DNA of 24,731 bases from a virus (lineage: Duplodnaviria; Caudoviricetes). Positions 18,936 through 23,448 of this stretch are shown piece by piece. Both the position numbers and the translations under genes were made by a program. A model generated the notes under the pieces. The model did not search any database, had not been told where the DNA came from, and saw only the letters and a list, made by a program, of their open reading frames with translations. Every line of letters starts with the position of its first letter. The stretch's first letter is position 1. Where the stretch lies: IMG/VR virus record IMGVR_UViG_3300009435_000050, positions 1 through 24,731 of that record; one strand, given 5' to 3'.

Positions 18936-18947
18936 ACTCTAATATAC

Positions 18948-18976
18948 AGAAAAACCCCTGCTCACACAAGGGTTCT
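18948..18976 (-). terminator. Intrinsic terminator
   Basis: AACCCTTG-TGTGAG-CAGGGGTT followed by TTTCT. Confidence 0.7.
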
Positions 18977-19043
18977 TCGTAGATACTTATCACCTCCTTT
19001 CTTTAAACGCGTTTAGCGTTCCGAAATTTTACAATTCCGAACT
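18948..19043 (-). ncRNA. Candidate ~95-nt sRNA carrying an extended Shine-Dalgarno sequence
   Basis: Bounded by variant box TATCTTTA (19048-19055) and a terminator. Contains AGAAAGGAGGTGAT with no ATG downstream before the terminator. Confidence 0.4.
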
Positions 19044-19066
19044 ATAGTAAAGATAAGGTATATGTA

Positions 19067-19228
19067 TTAAAAGCTATCCACAAAGGCTGCTACTACAGAC
19101 AGAGCTACTGCTGCAAACACCCCAAAGAATAACGCTGTAGGCAGGCTAGCGCTAACTAGTCCTGCTGTGACGGCTGAACAGGCGATGCCTTGACCGTACT
19201 TTTTCCCGAACTTTTTCATATATTCCAT
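19067..19228 (-). CDS. Small membrane protein (53 aa)
   Basis: Start reassigned to ATG 19228, 4 nt after TATCTTTA (19233-19240). The longer predicted start lies inside the terminator. Confidence 0.65.
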   Translation of the reverse strand: MEYMKKFGKKYGQGIACSAVTAGLVSASLPTALFFGVFAAVALSVVAAFVDSF

Positions 19229-19241
19229 GGTGTAAAGATAC

Positions 19242-19283
19242 AAAAAAAAAGAACCCATCACGACGGGGGGAAGTAATGGGCTC
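19242..19283 (-). terminator. Intrinsic terminator
   Basis: GAGCCCATTAC/GTGATGGGTTC 11-bp stem (two G-U pairs on the minus strand) followed by a long T-run. Confidence 0.8.
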
Positions 19284-19339
19284 TAACATCGGCGGCATTA
19301 GTCAAGGTAGCGAATCTCTGCCCGCGCTGATGTATACTG

Positions 19340-19615
19340 TTATCTAAGTATGTATATAATAACCTCTGTCGCTATAGCTGTAAGGAATCCCCATGAGCCA
19401 ACCCAAATGTTGTCCCACATGGTTCTCTTGTCTAGCTGTCCTTTTACTGATATCAGCTTACCGTCTAACGTGACTTTATCACTAACGTGTCCCTGCAATT
19501 GCATTTTAAGGTTTTCCTTATCTGCTTTAAGCACTTCGATTTCCTCTTCAAGTTCCTCGAATGTTTTATCAGGACTATAGTATTCGTCGTCCTTATAGTA
19601 ATCCCCCATACCCAT
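19340..19615 (-). CDS. Coiled-coil protein with C-terminal TM anchor
   Basis: Heptad helix followed by IWVGSWGFLTAIATEVIIYIL. Confidence 0.7.
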   Translation of the reverse strand: MGMGDYYKDDEYYSPDKTFEELEEEIEVLKADKENLKMQLQGHVSDKVTLDGKLISVKGQLDKRTMWDNIWVGSWGFLTAIATEVIIYILR

Positions 19616-19619
19616 ATAT

Positions 19620-19802
19620 CTACAATACTCTTTCTAACGCAAGGATAAGACCTTCTGCACCCGCAACAGCCATAAGAATGTATTTGGTGTAGTCGGCGCT
19701 CTTCGCCTTCTCCCCATCCTTATATCCCTGAAGCGCAGCTTCCGATTTTATCAGTTCCACTTCTAAATCAGTTATACGTTGTTGTAGCTTCTCCTTAGTC
19801 AT
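19620..19802 (-). CDS. Coiled-coil protein with C-terminal hydrophobic helix
   Basis: ATG 4 nt after TATCTTTG (19807-19814). Confidence 0.7.
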   Translation of the reverse strand: MTKEKLQQRITDLEVELIKSEAALQGYKDGEKAKSADYTKYILMAVAGAEGLILALERVL

Positions 19803-19806
19803 AGTA

Positions 19807-19814
19807 CAAAGATA
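19807..19814 (-). promoter_or_regulatory. -7 promoter element TATCTTTG (leaderless context)
   Basis: TAnnTTTG, 4 nt before ATG 19802. Confidence 0.7.
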
Positions 19815-19839
19815 AGCAATTAATACGAGTACACATAGG

Positions 19840-19874
19840 CCTCATAGATAAAACCTATCACCCTCATAGATAAA
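19840..19874. repeat. 13-bp direct repeat CCTCATAGATAAA x2
   Basis: Copies at 19840-19852 and 19862-19874, 22-bp period. Confidence 0.75.
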
Positions 19875-20797
19875 TACAATGAAGATAATTAGTAAAACAG
19901 CCTTATATTTAAAAAATATACCGTACCTTTGCCTCAGTATCATATTCGAGAGTGTGATTCATTTGTCTTTCTCACTCTTGTCTTCTTGTGTTGTTTTCCA
20001 AACACACACACTAATCTTCACAAATGTTTAGGGCTAGTTATATTCGTTACGCACTTGCGTCATCACCTCGTTGATAACAGCCTCTCATAGCACCTTATAA
20101 GAAGTGCTTTCTAACGTCCTATCGGACTGTCTCCCTTATCTACATATTACCATCTCTAGAAAGACGCTCTAACGCGCTCTCATGACACGTCACCCGTCTA
20201 TTGCAAAATGGAAAAAAGGTATCACTGCCTTCAGGTGTCAATTTAAAAAAGTTGTGAGAAATAAATATGGTGGGGATTATATATATACACACACGCTGCG
20301 ACACCGAAACGGAAATGGAATCCGAACCCCCCTCCCCACGACTGCTGATGATTGGGTCAAATACTTTTGGCTTTTTGGGTTCATGGTCTGCTGCACAATG
20401 CGCCCTAGGTTCTAAGCCTTGAATTGAGATGTAGTAAACACGGGGACTATCACGCCCCACCTAAATACAATTCTCTTATCTATCCTGCAACGGGGTTACC
20501 TATAGACTCGTTTAGTCTGTGAATGGGTACACGTTGTTAGTGCCTATGGTTAAAGGGCTTTGTGAATAACGTTCGTACATATACCATTCTAGGCGATGGC
20601 TTTTGGGGGCTCTTTGGCGTGCTTTGGCGTAACCATTCTACGGGGGCTGCAGGCCGATTGGTAGGCTCATTTGGGGGCGTTTTTGGATTGGCCCAAGATG
20701 ACATTTAATGAAATCTGACTTTTGAAAAAATCGGAGCGCTGTGCGCTAGTAATGGTGGGGGTTAAGGGGGATGGCTGTGAATAAGGTTCGGATAAAA

Positions 20798-20817
20798 GGG
20801 TAGGGTTGGGACAAGGG
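20798..20817 (+). other. G-quadruplex-forming motif GGGTAGGGTTGGGACAAGGG
   Basis: Four G3 tracts with loops of 2, 2 and 4 nt. Confidence 0.6.
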
Positions 20818-21093
20818 TAGCTGTATCCCTTGCTGTCACTAGGATTGATTAAAGGGTAGGCTTTGACAAGTAATTCCTAGGACATATCCAAACATTTTAT
20901 ACTCTTTTTTTCATGGTATAAATCACTCAATTGTGGTTATTAGTCTGTAGGTAATTTTACTCAGCGGGGAAAAACTTCATAGGTATTTTCGCTCATTTTG
21001 CATTTGAGGCAAAAAAACTCTGTATCCTAGGCTAGGCTTGGGCTAGAGGGCTCTCCTCGCGCGGGTATCAATAATAGCCGAGAAAGGGGGGTG

Positions 21094-21123
21094 TTGCAGG
21101 TATCGATAATGGTTGTACATTCG
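21094..21123 (+). promoter_or_regulatory. Probable Bacteroidota promoter for the ncRNA/early transcript
   Basis: TTG (21094-21096), 19 nt, TACATTCG (21116-21123); one mismatch to TAnnTTTG with canonical spacing. Confidence 0.5.
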
Positions 21124-21757
21124 GCTTGTCGAACGGGATGAGATATGAGACTCTTGGCGGAGCACATAAGAAGTATCTACCCGACCATCGAGGCCGAAAG
21201 GCTGACAAGCGCCAAACACATTAACAGCGCAGCCGATGTTGAGCAAGCTAACCTAGAGGAACCAACACCCGAGGGATTTAATAGCTGCGACCGACCAACC
21301 ACTCTTCCTCTACTAGGTATGGATGGAACACTGAGAGAGCCACACGGCTTTGCAACCTGCAGACTCAGTAAGTACAGCCTACCGAAAGACAAAGAGCCGA
21401 ACGGATAGAGCGCCTTGGCGCAGGATGCACAACGGAACACGATGAACAGAAAGCGAGCCGCAGCAATGCAGCGAGCAGTAGTAACCGCTAGTACAGATAC
21501 CGCAAGAATCCACAAGTAAGCCCTAGAAACAAGTACGATGCTGTGGTTGCTTTGCCCAAAGGATGATGCTGATTGTATCGATTGAGCATGTAGGATGCGC
21601 ACCAAGGTAGCGCCCCAAAAGACTACACAATCGAGTGCCCCGTAAGACATCAACCAAGTAGGCATTGACCCATTCCCGTGGGGCGCTGAGTGAGGCATTC
21701 GTTACGTAGAGTATGTATGCTGAGACTCACAGCAGGAGCGAGACCTGCCGCCCTACC
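21124..21757 (+). ncRNA. Candidate large structured ncRNA (ROOL/GOLLD-scale), family unassigned
   Basis: No credible ORF. Many nested helices with plus-strand G-U pairs, a GAAA tetraloop, complementary loops, and a 3' tRNA-like module. Confidence 0.6.
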
Positions 21758-21762
21758 TAACC

Positions 21763-21786
21763 CGAGCCAACCACGGCTCACAAATT
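21763..21786 (+). repeat. Leader hairpin motif copy 1 CGAGCCAACCACGGCTCACAAATT
   Basis: Ends 8 nt before ATG 21795. Confidence 0.85.
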
Positions 21787-21794
21787 GAATCGAA

Positions 21795-22127
21795 ATGACA
21801 AACGCTGAAAAATTAATCGCAAGCCTAAGCCCCGTAAACACTAACCTAGATGGCGCACCAATCGTGTGCTTAACGGCAGACCCGTACCTAGGTAAGTTCA
21901 TGGTTAAGCAGCAGTTCAAATTAAGCCTAGGGCAGCCCACAACGCTGACCACATTGCACGACCCCGAAAGCGGCAGACTAATCTTCACGGCACGTGATGA
22001 GGAAAGCCACGATGTTGCGCAGGGCGCTATGTCTAAGCTAGACTACGATTGCATGCGTAAATCGGAAGAGAACGCAAAACTAAGAACAGCATCGGTGGTG
22101 GCTCAATTGGGCTTTCTAGGTTGCTAA
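21795..22127 (+). CDS. Hypothetical early protein
   Basis: ATG with A-rich leader after the conserved motif; 110 aa. Confidence 0.75.
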   Translation: MTNAEKLIASLSPVNTNLDGAPIVCLTADPYLGKFMVKQQFKLSLGQPTTLTTLHDPESGRLIFTARDEESHDVAQGAMSKLDYDCMRKSEENAKLRTASVVAQLGFLGC

Positions 22128-22165
22128 TTACCCGTGCTTCCCATAGCGAGGCGGCACGTTATTTA

Positions 22166-22256
22166 AGTGAGGGCAGTGGTAGACTGAAACAAGGTCTGCG
22201 CCTAGGTCGTGCTAGGACTGCTCACTATTAATCGAGTCAACCACGACTCACAAATT
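22166..22256 (+). ncRNA. Structured cis-element copy 2 (three-way junction plus leader hairpin)
   Basis: P1 GCAGT/ACTGC, P2 GTAGAC/GTCTGC, P3 CCTAG/CTAGG, P4 GAGTC/GACTC; covaries with copy 3. Confidence 0.75.
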
Positions 22257-22264
22257 CAATCAAG

Positions 22265-22495
22265 ATGGCTAAAGTCACTAGAAGTACTGCAGGCGCTAAG
22301 TTCGTAAGCAGCAAGGAGAAGTTCAATGGTGCTCAGTTCGCTGAGTTCAACGTGAACGTTAAAGTAAGCAAGGGTCGTGCTGAGCGGTTAGCTATGAAAG
22401 CTAGACTAGCTGAGGCTAAGGCTGTCATGGCTTTGCCCGTTACCGCAGGATTCGTTGAAGTTAAGTCTAACCTACAATTCGCGTTCAGCGCCTAA
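22265..22495 (+). CDS. Small basic hypothetical early protein
   Basis: ATG 8 nt after motif copy 2; Ala/Lys-rich. Confidence 0.75.
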   Translation: MAKVTRSTAGAKFVSSKEKFNGAQFAEFNVNVKVSKGRAERLAMKARLAEAKAVMALPVTAGFVEVKSNLQFAFSA

Positions 22496-22496
22496 T

Positions 22497-22703
22497 ATGA
22501 CTACGAACGAGGATTACTTGTTTATGAACGACAACATAGGCAAGAGCGGTGTTATCACCGATGAGATAGGTACACTCGATGAGCACATAGGTTACAATGG
22601 TGAAGTGCTCACGATTGAGGATGTAGATGAGGATGGATTCTACATATTGAATGGCGGCCATTGGTGCGCTGATGATAACGAGTTTTTAATCTTAGAAAAG
22701 TAA
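22497..22703 (+). CDS. Small acidic protein, possibly SH3-like beta barrel
   Basis: Start reassigned to ATG 22497, 1 nt after the upstream stop; GEVLTIEDVDEDGFYIL..G.W..D.EF pattern. Confidence 0.7.
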   Translation: MTTNEDYLFMNDNIGKSGVITDEIGTLDEHIGYNGEVLTIEDVDEDGFYILNGGHWCADDNEFLILEK

Positions 22704-22706
22704 GCT

Positions 22707-22955
22707 ATGAAGAATGCTATAAAAGAAGTCATGTTCGACCTATTGGTGAACGGCTCAGTATCGGAAATGATGAAGACCATGCAGTTAGGCATGCAGCATG
22801 ATGATTACAACATCCGTTTCACAGCGCAGTTATGTGCTGATGAGGCAGATACAATCGAGGAAGAGGGCGCTATGGTTGCAGACTACCCTAATCTAGTTAC
22901 CAAGTGCGACTTGTATGCTGAAGTAGTAACATTAATCGTAGATAGCAAGTTATGA
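22707..22955 (+). CDS. Hypothetical early protein
   Basis: Tightly packed in operon. Confidence 0.7.
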   Translation: MKNAIKEVMFDLLVNGSVSEMMKTMQLGMQHDDYNIRFTAQLCADEADTIEEEGAMVADYPNLVTKCDLYAEVVTLIVDSKL

Positions 22956-23251
22956 AAAACGTGAGAGAATTTATCAACGCAGTGCTAGTTTGCACGATGG
23001 CTCTAGGCCTAGTCTGTTTCCTAAAATATGGTGACATCGAGTTCATATACATCGCACTAGGTTGTGGTAGTGTATTTGCGCTGTCAATCAAGCTAACCCC
23101 TAAGCCAAAGGTTGAAGAGCAGGTCATCCTGCAGGCCGTGCGCCATGGTGACGAGTTCTTCATCAAGAATGTAGTAACGGGTTCACTAAGGCCTAGCAGT
23201 CGCGCTGAGGTCAGCGACCTATGGTGCAAAGGACAAATCGAATTTAAGTAA
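22952..23251 (+). CDS. Membrane protein with two N-terminal TM helices
   Basis: ATGA overlap with the upstream gene; two hydrophobic segments. Confidence 0.7.
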   Translation: MKNVREFINAVLVCTMALGLVCFLKYGDIEFIYIALGCGSVFALSIKLTPKPKVEEQVILQAVRHGDEFFIKNVVTGSLRPSSRAEVSDLWCKGQIEFK

Positions 23252-23267
23252 TCTAAAACCCAACAAT

Positions 23268-23348
23268 ATGTTAGTATCAACCTTAATCATCTCAGTAGTA
23301 GCAAACGTTTCAATGTTAACGTATGCAGGCTACAAGGACGCTAAGTAA
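23268..23348 (+). CDS. 26-aa single-TM micropeptide (MLVSTLIISVVANVSMLTYAGYKDAK)
   Basis: A-rich leader; fills the gap before structured element copy 3. Confidence 0.55.
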   Translation: MLVSTLIISVVANVSMLTYAGYKDAK

Positions 23349-23355
23349 AAATCAA

Positions 23356-23441
23356 TCTCTATGGCTGACTGCAATAAGGTCAGCGCCTACATCGTGGTAG
23401 GGTAGAGACCTATTAACCGAGCCAACCACGGCTCACAAATT
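23356..23441 (+). ncRNA. Structured cis-element copy 3 (three-way junction plus leader hairpin)
   Basis: P1 TCTCTAT/GTAGAGA, P2 GCTGAC/GTCAGC, P3 CCTAC/GTAGG, P4 GAGCC/GGCTC. Confidence 0.75.
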
Positions 23442-23448
23442 TAATTTT

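Noticed and set aside
18217-18993. ORFs 18217-18699 (-) and 18808-18993 (-)
   Set aside because: Both overlap better-supported genes; the second starts at a GTG inside the SD-like motif and crosses a terminator.
20140-20460. Overlapping ORFs 20140-20460 (-) and 20182-20415 (+)
   Set aside because: Low-complexity, homopolymer-rich DNA with atypical amino-acid composition and no promoter context.
21134-21740. CsrB-like GGA sponge (CAGGATG, AAGGATG, TAGGATG)
   Set aside because: About 12 GGA in ~620 purine-rich nt is near chance, most are not in hairpin loops, and CsrA is not typical of Bacteroidota.
21678-21760. True tRNA or tmRNA gene
   Set aside because: No D-arm/anticodon cloverleaf, no TTC in the T-loop, no CCA, and no tag reading frame between the acceptor strands.
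21043-21988. ORFs 21145-21408 (+) and 21043-21246, 21177-21698, 21650-21988 (-)
   Set aside because: No recognisable protein features or typical A-rich leaders; they overlap the strongly paired RNA candidate or a better plus-strand gene. The 87-aa plus ORF cannot be fully excluded.
22166-23441. Hammerhead, HDV-like or purine-riboswitch identity for the three-way junctions
   Set aside because: Lacks the CUGAnGA/GAAA core, the HDV nested double pseudoknot and purine-aptamer junction nucleotides; junctions are only 1, 1 and 0 nt.
21763-23441. CRISPR array from the 24-nt repeats
   Set aside because: Copies are 470 and 1185 bp apart, separated by genes, with no cas genes in the window.
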